Below, in pieces: positions 52,948 to 61,696 of a DNA stretch of 64,000 nt. The position numbers and the translations under genes were made by a program. The notes under the pieces were generated by a model. The model was given only the letters and a program-made list of their open reading frames with translations, was not told where the DNA came from and made no database searches. The stretch is from Candidatus Poribacteria bacterium (GTDB taxonomy: Bacteria > Poribacteria > WGA-4E > WGA-3G): positions 2,080,001 to 2,144,000 of the forward strand of contig OZ219753.1 in NCBI GenBank assembly GCA_964291315.2. Reading direction: 5' to 3'. How positions within the stretch are numbered: the stretch's first letter is position 1; each line of letters starts with the position of its first letter.

Positions 52948-53628
52948 CTAAAATTGCATTTCAGCCGTTAATCCAATTGCAGTGCCATCTAAAATTAGAT
53001 CTAGCGGTATAGTGCCGGTGGACTCTATTGTTTTGAGGATCCGCTTCAGTTCAAGGTTGAGTGAAAAGCCCCCCGACTGAAATATCTCTGCGCCGACGAA
53101 AACGTACCCGGTTGGCCCGGGAGAGCTATTATCGAAACTGATACCTTGCTCTTCAATCAGATCTAGTGCGCTCCCGCTCAAACTCGTCCCCAGAAAACCG
53201 ATTCCGCCTCCCAAATAGATCGGAACAAACTCAGACAAAAGTATCGGACGATAGATAAGTTGATATGAGACTGGAATAAAGGTAGCTGAAAAGTCTAGCG
53301 AGGTAGGCGGCGGAATGTCAAGTTGCATTTTCCAATAACCCAATTCAAAACGTGAATCTAACTGTAGTGCATGTTTAAATACAACCGAAAACATAGGCAG
53401 CGGCTTGCTTGGAATTTGCTCAACCCCGACGCTCCGGAGGACATCAAGGAGGCTGCCCAATTTGGGTTTGTAGGAAAATAAGGAGAGTTGAAACGATGAC
53501 GTTTGAAGGTATTGGGTTAAGAACTGTCGGATAGGTGCCGGTCTTGACACGGGAACGTCTACGGTATCTGCAAACGTTGGACAGTTTATTAGGAGAAAAA
53601 TCAAAAGATAGACAGACAGCCGGCGCAT
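52948..53628 (-). CDS. putative small outer-membrane beta-barrel protein
   Basis: Signal peptide, amphipathic strands (PIYLGGGIGF), C-terminal Phe. Confidence 0.6.
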   Translation of the reverse strand: MRRLSVYLLIFLLINCPTFADTVDVPVSRPAPIRQFLTQYLQTSSFQLSLFSYKPKLGSLLDVLRSVGVEQIPSKPLPMFSVVFKHALQLDSRFELGYWKMQLDIPPPTSLDFSATFIPVSYQLIYRPILLSEFVPIYLGGGIGFLGTSLSGSALDLIEEQGISFDNSSPGPTGYVFVGAEIFQSGGFSLNLELKRILKTIESTGTIPLDLILDGTAIGLTAEMQF

Positions 53629-53673
53629 AAACGATCGAAACCTTTAATAAAACAATATATGGTATAGAGCGAT

Positions 53674-53706
53674 AAAAAGAAACAATAGGCGGGCACACAG
53701 CCCGCC
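53674..53706 (-). terminator. intrinsic terminator after the OmpA-domain gene
   Basis: GGCGGGC/GCCCGCC stem followed by a T-rich tract on the minus strand. Confidence 0.6.
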
Positions 53707-53775
53707 CTGCGTTGATAGGGAAAAGTTAGTTAACATCATTAAATCTAAGGTAATGATAGTCCTCGGAACCCTAGT

Positions 53776-54660
53776 TTACATTGGTTGGTTATGTGCATGC
53801 GCCGGAATCATAATTACCTCAACTCTGCGATTCATAGCTCTCCCTGCGGAAGTGTTCTGAGGTGCGATAGGATCGGTGTGTGCTTTACCAATCGCCTCAA
53901 TTCTGCTGGAGTCAATCCCTTTAGATTCGAGGTATTTTGCAGCTGCGTTGGCGCGTCCTTGCGACAAGTCCCAATTACTTCTATAGCTGCCGCGTAAGAC
54001 AGGGGTGCCGTCGGCATGCCCGATGACCATGATCTTTGCATCCGAGTCCGCCTTGAGCTGCTCAACAATACCGTCAAGCATTTCTTGACCTTTGGTAGAT
54101 ACACGGGTTTGCCCGCTCCGAAAATGGATAGTAGCTACGATGGTAGGTTTCGCGGAAACCTCGGCCTCCACCATGGTGAGTCCTTCTTTCAAAGCCATCA
54201 CTTCGGATTCGAGTTTCTTAATAGCATCGTTCTGGGACGCGTTAGCTTTGCCTTGGTCATCAATTCGCTGTTGCAATTTTGCGTCTTCGTTTTTTGCGAA
54301 TTCCATTGATTTTTGACTTTGCATATCAATGGCATTCGTTAGGTCAGCCCGGAGCTGGGCATCTTGTTCCATCGCACTCTGCTTTGCGGCAGCAATAGTG
54401 TCAGCATCACCTTGCTGGGATGCAGCGATCGCCTCATCTTTTGCCGTAGAAATCGCCTCCGCTACATCTTTCGCCTGCTGATCAACTTTTCCCTCTAACA
54501 TCGTAATTTTGTTTGTGATGTCAGCATCAGCTTGCTCCATCTGTGAGACGTGCTCATTCTTCCACATTTCAAACTCTTCTTGGTTCAATTTCCCGCAACT
54601 ACTGACAATAAGTGCAACTCCGAGAAGAGCGGTCACCGCGAAAATGGTTTTACCTATCAT
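53776..54660 (-). CDS. OmpA/MotB C-terminal peptidoglycan-binding lipoprotein with coiled coil
   Basis: Lipobox VSSC, coiled coil, GHAD..NWDLSQGRA..NRRVE. Confidence 0.88.
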   Translation of the reverse strand: MIGKTIFAVTALLGVALIVSSCGKLNQEEFEMWKNEHVSQMEQADADITNKITMLEGKVDQQAKDVAEAISTAKDEAIAASQQGDADTIAAAKQSAMEQDAQLRADLTNAIDMQSQKSMEFAKNEDAKLQQRIDDQGKANASQNDAIKKLESEVMALKEGLTMVEAEVSAKPTIVATIHFRSGQTRVSTKGQEMLDGIVEQLKADSDAKIMVIGHADGTPVLRGSYRSNWDLSQGRANAAAKYLESKGIDSSRIEAIGKAHTDPIAPQNTSAGRAMNRRVEVIMIPAHAHNQPM

Positions 54661-55194
54661 GGATTCCTCCTAATCTTTACAACAATTTAGAGCGTTGTTT
54701 GCCAGCCGATATTTAAGAAGCTGGCTTTCAAGTTAAGCCTAAAAAACTAATTTTAAAGTATACCCTATTTCCCTTGGAATTCTTCTCGAATTCCGCTTGA
54801 GTGTGTGTACACGGACAGGATAACTCTTTTTCCTATGCAGACAACAATTTTCAATGCCTGAAACTGCATCACGAACTTGCAATATGAGAAACCCGGAAGC
54901 AATTCTCTCTCATAGGCACTTTAGTAATACAAATTATACCATCTTTTGTTAAAAAAAGTCAAAAGTTTTTTCAATCGCCGCCCCAAAGGCAGCAGCTAAG
55001 TCTAAAAACGTACTTGATTTTTAATGTCTAAGTAGAGTAAAATTCTTTCTGTTATGTAGATGCGAAGGCTATCTGCTCTCTTATGTTGCCAAATTATCCA
55101 CGAATCTCGACACGAAAGGCGTGTTCAGTAATTACCTCGCTAGCAATGGGCAGCATCTATCTCGTAAACAAAAACAAGACAGGAGGCTAACAGG

Positions 55195-56547
55195 ATGGGA
55201 CAGATAAGTATCATCTTAATCACTGGGATCCTTTTCCTATTTTCCTTTGAGTCGCCTGAAACAAGCGTAGCAATCAGCGACATGCAGGTGCTACTCTGGA
55301 CACTGGTGTTAACATGCTGTCCTATTCTGCTTGCGTATTTTGTAACGGGGTATATTGCCAACAATTTTCCGCCTCACAAAGAAGAAAATTTACCGAAACT
55401 CCACCGCCTGCGCCGTTCTATGATCGCTTTTGAATGCCTGAGCTTAGCGGGATATTTGTGTAATCTATACTACTTGAATTTACCTGCACTGATTGACAAA
55501 TATTTCTCATTTTTTCCGATGGAGAATGTGCGGCAGATGCTCGCGCTGCTGCCGCTGCTAATTGGGTTAATGTGTATTCGACTTGCGTTTTATCAGATGA
55601 ATCGGCTCCAACAAGGATACTACCGAGATATCTTCGCTCTGCAATTCAAATTTTTACTGTTCCCGCTCCTACCGATGCTCCTTTATCTCATAACATTAGA
55701 TATCTTTTATTGGTTGCCCTACTCAGCCAAGGTATTCATTAGTGAAAATCCATACATTTTAATCGGACTGATTCTCCCCGTGATTGCCTCCGCATATATT
55801 CTCACACCATTCCTGATGCGGTTTCTGTGGAAAACACAACCATTAGCAGCAGGTTCAGCACTCAAGCAGAAATTACAAGAACTAACAAAACAGATCGGTA
55901 CGAAACATCAAGATATTGTGGTATGGCAAACGGGCCCCCTGTTAATAGCCAATGCAGCTGTCGCCGGGACACTCCCGTGGAATCGCCGTATCTTCTTAAC
56001 AGACGCACTTTTAGAATACTTCACAGAGGAAGAAATTGAAACTGTTGTTGCACATGAGCTTGGACATATCCGCTACAAACACATCCAAACTTATATGCTT
56101 TTCTCGATCTTCTATCTCTTGAGCTATCCGCTCTTTTATTTTTTTGTTGAGGAGCCATTAGTCGCCCACTTTGGAGAGTCACAAATTTTGTCAACGTTAC
56201 TCTCGTTGGCTTTTCTCACCCTCTATTTCGTGTTCATATTCCGGTATCTGTCGAGACGTTGTGAGCACCAAGCCGACCTATATGCAGTCACACTGACAGA
56301 AAAACCAGAAGCCTTCAAAACGGCTTTGATGAAACTCGCCCTTTTGAATGCCATACCCAAATCAGTTCAGCGGTTTTTCGAGATTTTCAATACACATCCA
56401 TCCATCGACCGACGGATTAAATTCATCAATCGGTGGATCGCACGCAAACCCGATACCCAACGTTATAGAACCTATCTCATTGAAGTCAAAATCCTGATCG
56501 CTCTGCTACTGATGCTCTTGACTCTCATAGTACTATTGCTCCGCTAA
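55195..56547 (+). CDS. M48 family (HtpX/Ste24-like) membrane metalloprotease
   Basis: ANAAVAG, AHELGH (HExxH), EHQAD, THPSIDRRI; multiple TMs. Confidence 0.92.
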   Translation: MGQISIILITGILFLFSFESPETSVAISDMQVLLWTLVLTCCPILLAYFVTGYIANNFPPHKEENLPKLHRLRRSMIAFECLSLAGYLCNLYYLNLPALIDKYFSFFPMENVRQMLALLPLLIGLMCIRLAFYQMNRLQQGYYRDIFALQFKFLLFPLLPMLLYLITLDIFYWLPYSAKVFISENPYILIGLILPVIASAYILTPFLMRFLWKTQPLAAGSALKQKLQELTKQIGTKHQDIVVWQTGPLLIANAAVAGTLPWNRRIFLTDALLEYFTEEEIETVVAHELGHIRYKHIQTYMLFSIFYLLSYPLFYFFVEEPLVAHFGESQILSTLLSLAFLTLYFVFIFRYLSRRCEHQADLYAVTLTEKPEAFKTALMKLALLNAIPKSVQRFFEIFNTHPSIDRRIKFINRWIARKPDTQRYRTYLIEVKILIALLLMLLTLIVLLLR

Positions 56548-56558
56548 AAAAATAAGAA

Positions 56559-56606
56559 GGGCGTGATAGCTGTAAGCAAAAGCTTACTGGCTATCACGCC
56601 CGTTTT
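56559..56606. terminator. bidirectional terminator between convergent M48 and FGE genes
   Basis: GGGCGTGATAGC..GTAAGC-AAAA-GCTTAC..GCTATCACGCCC, with an A-run on the left and a T-run on the right. Confidence 0.75.
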
Positions 56607-56666
56607 TGTAGCGTCAATGCCTTTCATCAATTTATCTGACGATAAAAGGCATTAGGGCATAAAACG

Positions 56667-59600
56667 TTACGGAGATACAGGTTTGACACAACGGAAACCG
56701 AGGTCTCCGCCCGTACTCACCGGTGCGCCACGGTCGCGATTTGCGACACGAGTCGTCTGGGCTGAATAGAGATAGGAGCCGCCGCGCAGGACACGGAGAT
56801 CATCCATCATTGTGTCTGGATCGCCTGACATCGGGTTCGTGGTAGGAGAACTCTGATAGAACACATCGTCATACGTATCCAGACACCACTCCCAGACATT
56901 CCCAGCCATGTCATAGAGACCATAACCATTCGCCGCATAACTGCCAACGTCCGTCGTGCTCCCTACGTTCTGACCATAGTTTGCCTTCGTAGCGTCTATG
57001 GTGTCGCCGCCGGGGTATAGTTTCCCAACTAACCCACCGCGCGCAGCATACTCCCATTGTGCTTCCGTGGGGAGCTCTTTGCCTGCCCACTTCGCATACG
57101 CTCTCGCACCATGCCAAGTGACTCTAATGACAGGCCGGTTCCCATGACCGGACTTGGCTTGATAGGTTGGGGTTTCCTGCCCTGCTACCAGCTCAATGCC
57201 TATGGCGGGATCCGTCATATCGAGCCAGGTCTTCCCTGCGTCGACGTGTTTGCCCTTTGCAGTAAGGAATGCCGCGAACTGTGTGTTCGTCACTTCATGC
57301 GTATCCATATAAAACGCACCTAAAGTGACAGTGTGAACAGGGCGTTCATCCGCATCGCCGATGGTGCTGCCCATCTTAAACGTGCCAGCGGGGATCAGCG
57401 CCATGCCCGGCGGTAGCGTGGGTGTCACGACAGGTGTTTCGACAGGTGTCGGGGATGTCTCGACAGGTACCTTGACAGGTGTCTGAACAGGCACCTGGGA
57501 CTGGAGGTTTCCATCATTATTCTCATTACTGTTAGCAGGGGCGATAGGTATAACACAACGGAAACCGCTGACGAAGTTAGAACCTCCTGCCCAATTGCCA
57601 CTGCGGGCATGAACCATAATGCTTAGATGATCGGAATCCCAGTGCCCGCCACGAAGCTCACGGGTACCTGTAGCCGCTTTATAGTTAGCCAATAGCGCTT
57701 GGATACTACTGTTTGCATCCCTCAGAGGATTCGTCTTCGCACCACTTGAATAGGCGGTGTAGGTGTCTAAACACCATTCGTAATGATTTCCTGCCATATC
57801 ATACAACCCGTAGCCGTTGGCTGCATAACTGCCGATTGGCATGGAGTCAAACTTAAACCCGTAGCGCATGTTGGCATGGTCCTCGGTACCATTGCCGTCG
57901 TTGCCGTCGTTGCCCCAGGGGAATGCTTGACCGACTAAGCCGCCGCGTGCAGCATACTCCCACTCCGCCCCCGTCGGCAGCCGCTTGCCTGCCCACTCCG
58001 CATACGCCATCGCACCATACCAGCTCACATGAGCAACAGGGTGATTTCCATAACCCGCTACCGGCGTATATCTACCGTCTGATAACCTAATCTTCACCTT
58101 ATTATTGTTGCCGCTGAGGTGGATCCAGGTCTTCCCTGCATCGGTATGTTTCCTCTTTGCATTGAGGAACGCAGCGTATTCTGTGTTCGTCACTTCATGC
58201 GTATCCATATAAAACGCATCTAAAGTGACAGAATGAATAGGGCTCACAAACCCCCCACCGAGCGCGCCCATCTGAAATGTGCCAGCGGGGATCAGCGCCA
58301 TGCCTGCAGGTGTCTCGACAGGTGTCTCGACAGGTGTCGGGGTTTTCTTGACAGGTACCTTGACAGGTGTCTGAACAGGCACCTGGGACTGGAGGTTTCC
58401 ATCATTATTCTCATTACTGTTAGCAGGGGCGATAGGTATAACACAACGGAAACCGCTGACGAAGTTAGAACCTCCTGCCCAATTGCCACTGCGGGCATGA
58501 ACCATAATGCTTAGATGATCGGAATCCCAGTGCCCGCCACGAAGCTCACGGGTACCTGTAGCCGCTTTATAGTCAGCCAATAGCGCTTGGATACTACTGT
58601 TTGCATCCCTCAGAGGATTCGTCTTCGCACCACTTGAATAGGCGGTGTAGGTGTCTAAACACCATTCGTAATGATTTCCTGCCATATCATACAACCCGTA
58701 GCCGTTGGCTGCATAACTGCCGATTGGCATGGAGTCAAACTTAAACCCGTAGCGCATGTTGGCATGGTCCTCGGTACCATTGCCGTCGTTGCCGTCGTTG
58801 CCCCAGGGGAATGCTTGACCGACTAAGCCGCCGCGTGCAGCATACTCCCACTCCGCCCCCGTCGGCAGCCGCTTGCCTGCCCACTCCGCATACGCCATCG
58901 CACCATACCAGCTCACATGAGCAACAGGGTGATTTCCATAACCCGCTACCGGCGTATATCTACCGTCTGATAACCTAATCTTCACCTTATTATTGTTGCC
59001 GCTGAGGTGGATCCAGGTCTTCCCTGCATCGGTATGTTTCCTCTTTGCATTGAGGAACGCAGCGTATTCTGTGTTCGTCACTTCATGCGTATCCATATAA
59101 AACGCATCTAAAGTGACAGAATGAATAGGGCTCACAAACCCCCCACCGAGCGCGCCCATCTGAAATGTGCCAGCGGGGATCAAGACCATACCTTCAGGAA
59201 CGGCGGGAGCGGGAGGAGGCGGAGGAGGTGGGAGAGTAGACACCGACACCCAGTCAGAAGTAACGACCACTTCAGCACCACTATCCCCGGTCTCGTATAC
59301 CATAAAACCATCCGAGTGCTCTAACTCCTCCTTGGCACGATCCGAATACAGCAACTCCTCCTGCGTTACACCATTCTCGAACTGACCCGACACAATACGA
59401 AACTTCCGCTTCGGATGAACCCAGAACTCGAACGTGCCACTGCTGCTCTCCGGTTTTAACGCACCATCCGCGTTTGATATGTGGAAAAAAGACTCGTTGT
59501 CCGCCCACGAATGAAACACCCTACCTTTACCCGGAGGGATACGATAGCTGCCACGCGTCCGAAACCCTTCAGGCCACCCCTTCCTCGGATTCTCAACCTT

Positions 59601-60233
59601 CCAAGTCGCAAAGACCACGTATATATCTTCTTCCCGCTCATTTCTTACGATGTTCTCTACCCACGCAGGCGGAGCAACATCTTCAACGGGCGGACCACCA
59701 TCGTCTCCGAGCTCGTCATTTGGCGGAGCAGTCGGCTGCCCATCTAGCAACACCCACGCCGGAGTGACAACCACTGCCGAGCCGCCCGTATAGCTGACAA
59801 ACCCCTCTAATTGAACCAACTGACCCGGCGAACGATCAGAGTAAAGCAGCTGATCCGTTGTCACAGAGGCATCGAGCGTCTGTGAGACAACGCGGAAGGA
59901 GCGCTTCGGATGAGCCCAGAACGCAAAAGCGGTGGTGCCGCTGTTCGCTTTTATCGCACCCGCAGCGTTTGAAATACGGAAATACATGCTGTTGGTGTCC
60001 CAGGAATGGAAAATCCTGGACATCCCGGGCGGGATGCGGTATGAGCCGCGGGTCCGGAACCCTACGGGTATACCTTTGTTATCATCCGCTGCCTGCCAGG
60101 TGCTCTTGATCACATAGATCTCTTCGAGCGTGTTATTGGTTACCAGGTTCTCTTGCCATTCTGCCGTCGCGAACGGGGCGCTCGCAAACATAAACGCGGC
60201 AAGCATAGAAAGAACCACTCCGGTTCTTTTCAT
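56667..60233 (-). CDS. exported protein with two unknown N-terminal repeat domains and three FGE-sulfatase (SUMF1/CLec fold) domains
   Basis: Signal peptide; 3x M.LIPAGTF.MG...LPT.A.WEYAARGG...YGLYDMAGN..EW...RGG...GFRCV. Confidence 0.9.
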   Translation of the reverse strand: MKRTGVVLSMLAAFMFASAPFATAEWQENLVTNNTLEEIYVIKSTWQAADDNKGIPVGFRTRGSYRIPPGMSRIFHSWDTNSMYFRISNAAGAIKANSGTTAFAFWAHPKRSFRVVSQTLDASVTTDQLLYSDRSPGQLVQLEGFVSYTGGSAVVVTPAWVLLDGQPTAPPNDELGDDGGPPVEDVAPPAWVENIVRNEREEDIYVVFATWKVENPRKGWPEGFRTRGSYRIPPGKGRVFHSWADNESFFHISNADGALKPESSSGTFEFWVHPKRKFRIVSGQFENGVTQEELLYSDRAKEELEHSDGFMVYETGDSGAEVVVTSDWVSVSTLPPPPPPPAPAVPEGMVLIPAGTFQMGALGGGFVSPIHSVTLDAFYMDTHEVTNTEYAAFLNAKRKHTDAGKTWIHLSGNNNKVKIRLSDGRYTPVAGYGNHPVAHVSWYGAMAYAEWAGKRLPTGAEWEYAARGGLVGQAFPWGNDGNDGNGTEDHANMRYGFKFDSMPIGSYAANGYGLYDMAGNHYEWCLDTYTAYSSGAKTNPLRDANSSIQALLADYKAATGTRELRGGHWDSDHLSIMVHARSGNWAGGSNFVSGFRCVIPIAPANSNENNDGNLQSQVPVQTPVKVPVKKTPTPVETPVETPAGMALIPAGTFQMGALGGGFVSPIHSVTLDAFYMDTHEVTNTEYAAFLNAKRKHTDAGKTWIHLSGNNNKVKIRLSDGRYTPVAGYGNHPVAHVSWYGAMAYAEWAGKRLPTGAEWEYAARGGLVGQAFPWGNDGNDGNGTEDHANMRYGFKFDSMPIGSYAANGYGLYDMAGNHYEWCLDTYTAYSSGAKTNPLRDANSSIQALLANYKAATGTRELRGGHWDSDHLSIMVHARSGNWAGGSNFVSGFRCVIPIAPANSNENNDGNLQSQVPVQTPVKVPVETSPTPVETPVVTPTLPPGMALIPAGTFKMGSTIGDADERPVHTVTLGAFYMDTHEVTNTQFAAFLTAKGKHVDAGKTWLDMTDPAIGIELVAGQETPTYQAKSGHGNRPVIRVTWHGARAYAKWAGKELPTEAQWEYAARGGLVGKLYPGGDTIDATKANYGQNVGSTTDVGSYAANGYGLYDMAGNVWEWCLDTYDDVFYQSSPTTNPMSGDPDTMMDDLRVLRGGSYLYSAQTTRVANRDRGAPVSTGGDLGFRCVKPVSP
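57462..59182. repeat. 888-bp-period tandem duplication inside the FGE gene
   Basis: 57462-58294 vs 58350-59182 appear identical except 57686 T / 58574 C; bordered by 12-bp GACAGGTGTCTC-type linker repeats. Confidence 0.92.
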
Positions 60234-60358
60234 TTTGAGCCTCCTTTTATCTGTGAAGATACACAGATATCTGCTTGTCCTTAAGTTTTACTTACTGCAT
60301 TATTAATATTGGAACAGCAAGTGATTTTTCCCCTATCATCTTGACAGGTTAAGGGGTT

Positions 60359-60387
60359 ATTATAACTTAACTTTAAGTTTTTGTCTA
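60359..60387 (-). promoter_or_regulatory. sigma70 promoter of the FGE gene
   Basis: TAGACA-17-TATAAT on the minus strand; AAGGAGG RBS before the ATG. Confidence 0.6.
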
Positions 60388-60418
60388 ACATATTTCCGTT
60401 TAAACGCGACATACCGAC

Positions 60419-60745
60419 TCAACGTTGATTCTCTTTTTGTAGATCAGAGAGGGCCGGTGGTATTTCTTCTTCAATAGCGAATTGCAATTTTTCGATCATT
60501 CGGTGCAATGGCAATTCATATTTTTCCTGAAGGCGGCGTTTTTCATCAGCAATATGGAAGGCGACGAGTAGTGGTACTTTCTGCTCGTCAAAACCCTTCC
60601 TGAGATAGGATTCAACTACAGTTCTAACGTACTCAACAAGCTCGTTGATATTGTCTGCAGTCAGGTCATCCGTTGGTTTAATAGTATAAGGCATGCCGAG
60701 TATAACGAATCGAATAGGTTTAAAATCGTGTGCTTGCTCTTGCAT
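60419..60745 (-). CDS. zapA: cell division protein ZapA-like
   Basis: ILGMPYTI...ELVEYV...LLVAFHIADE pattern, size ~108 aa. Confidence 0.7.
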   Translation of the reverse strand: MQEQAHDFKPIRFVILGMPYTIKPTDDLTADNINELVEYVRTVVESYLRKGFDEQKVPLLVAFHIADEKRRLQEKYELPLHRMIEKLQFAIEEEIPPALSDLQKENQR

Positions 60746-60814
60746 TATGTTATTATAGACCCCTTTCATATTTTTTCACGAACCGTCTAAGATTGTAAGG
60801 TTGCTCTACATCCC

Positions 60815-61675
60815 TTACAGAGAGAGTGCCTTGTGCATTGTCATAGTGCAGGGTGTCACTCCGGTCCATTTTTCAAAAGCGATGGCCCCCTGATGGACCA
60901 ACATACCGATGCCGCCAAGGGTTTGACATCCGCGTTCGGCGGCTACTGCCATTAGAGGTGTTACCGGCGGAGTATAGACAATGTCATAAACGGCGGTGTT
61001 CGGTTGAAGCCACTCGGGAGAAATTAACAGCCGTTGCTTTGGGTCCATACTAGCTGTTGCAGTATTAATAAGAAGTGTACTGCGGTAGAGGGCAGCAGGC
61101 AGCTGTGTATCCGTGAGCCCTATCCCGTGCATCGGGACCCCTGTTTTTTGATGCATTTCTTCTGCTAATGAGACAGCCCGCTTCTTTGTGCGATTGGCAA
61201 TCGTTATAGATGCGACACCTGCAAGTGCTAAGGCGACGGTCACTGCTCTCGCGGATCCACCTGCACCTAAGATGACGACATCTTCATCAACTGGCACAAA
61301 CATGCCGTCGTTTTCTTCCAAAGATCTCAAGACTCCTGGAGCGTCTGTATTATCACCTTGTATTTCATCGTCAACAAAAGTGAGGGTGTTCACAGCGCCA
61401 ATAAGCTCGGCTTCTCTTGAGATAGAGGTGAGATACGGTATGACAGCCTGCTTATGTGGGAGCGTTACGTTAATACCGACGATGTTTACCGCCTTAAATC
61501 CTGCAATTGCGTCCCCTAAATCATCAGAACGCACATGAAACGGGACATATACATAATCAAGACCTGCTTTTGAAAAAGCTGCATTGTGCATTTGTGGTGA
61601 CCGGGTGTGTTGAATTGGGTCACCGATAATACCAACAATGTGAGTATGTCCTGTCAGGTTGGGTTGTGTCTTCAT
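60815..61675 (-). CDS. aroE: shikimate dehydrogenase
   Basis: SPQMHN, NVTLPHK, GAVNT, NTD, GAGGSARA, GMLVHQG. Confidence 0.96.
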   Translation of the reverse strand: MKTQPNLTGHTHIVGIIGDPIQHTRSPQMHNAAFSKAGLDYVYVPFHVRSDDLGDAIAGFKAVNIVGINVTLPHKQAVIPYLTSISREAELIGAVNTLTFVDDEIQGDNTDAPGVLRSLEENDGMFVPVDEDVVILGAGGSARAVTVALALAGVASITIANRTKKRAVSLAEEMHQKTGVPMHGIGLTDTQLPAALYRSTLLINTATASMDPKQRLLISPEWLQPNTAVYDIVYTPPVTPLMAVAAERGCQTLGGIGMLVHQGAIAFEKWTGVTPCTMTMHKALSL

Positions 61676-61696
61676 TGTAGCCTGGTTCTCCGAAAA

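Noticed and set aside
57462-59182. The duplicated FGE segments as a DGR TR/VR pair
   Set aside because: Both copies are in-frame coding, ~830 bp long and differ at one seen position; no reverse transcriptase gene in the window
60234-60418. 6S RNA downstream of zapA
   Set aside because: The region is AT-rich, holds the FGE promoter and shows no long rod-like pairing
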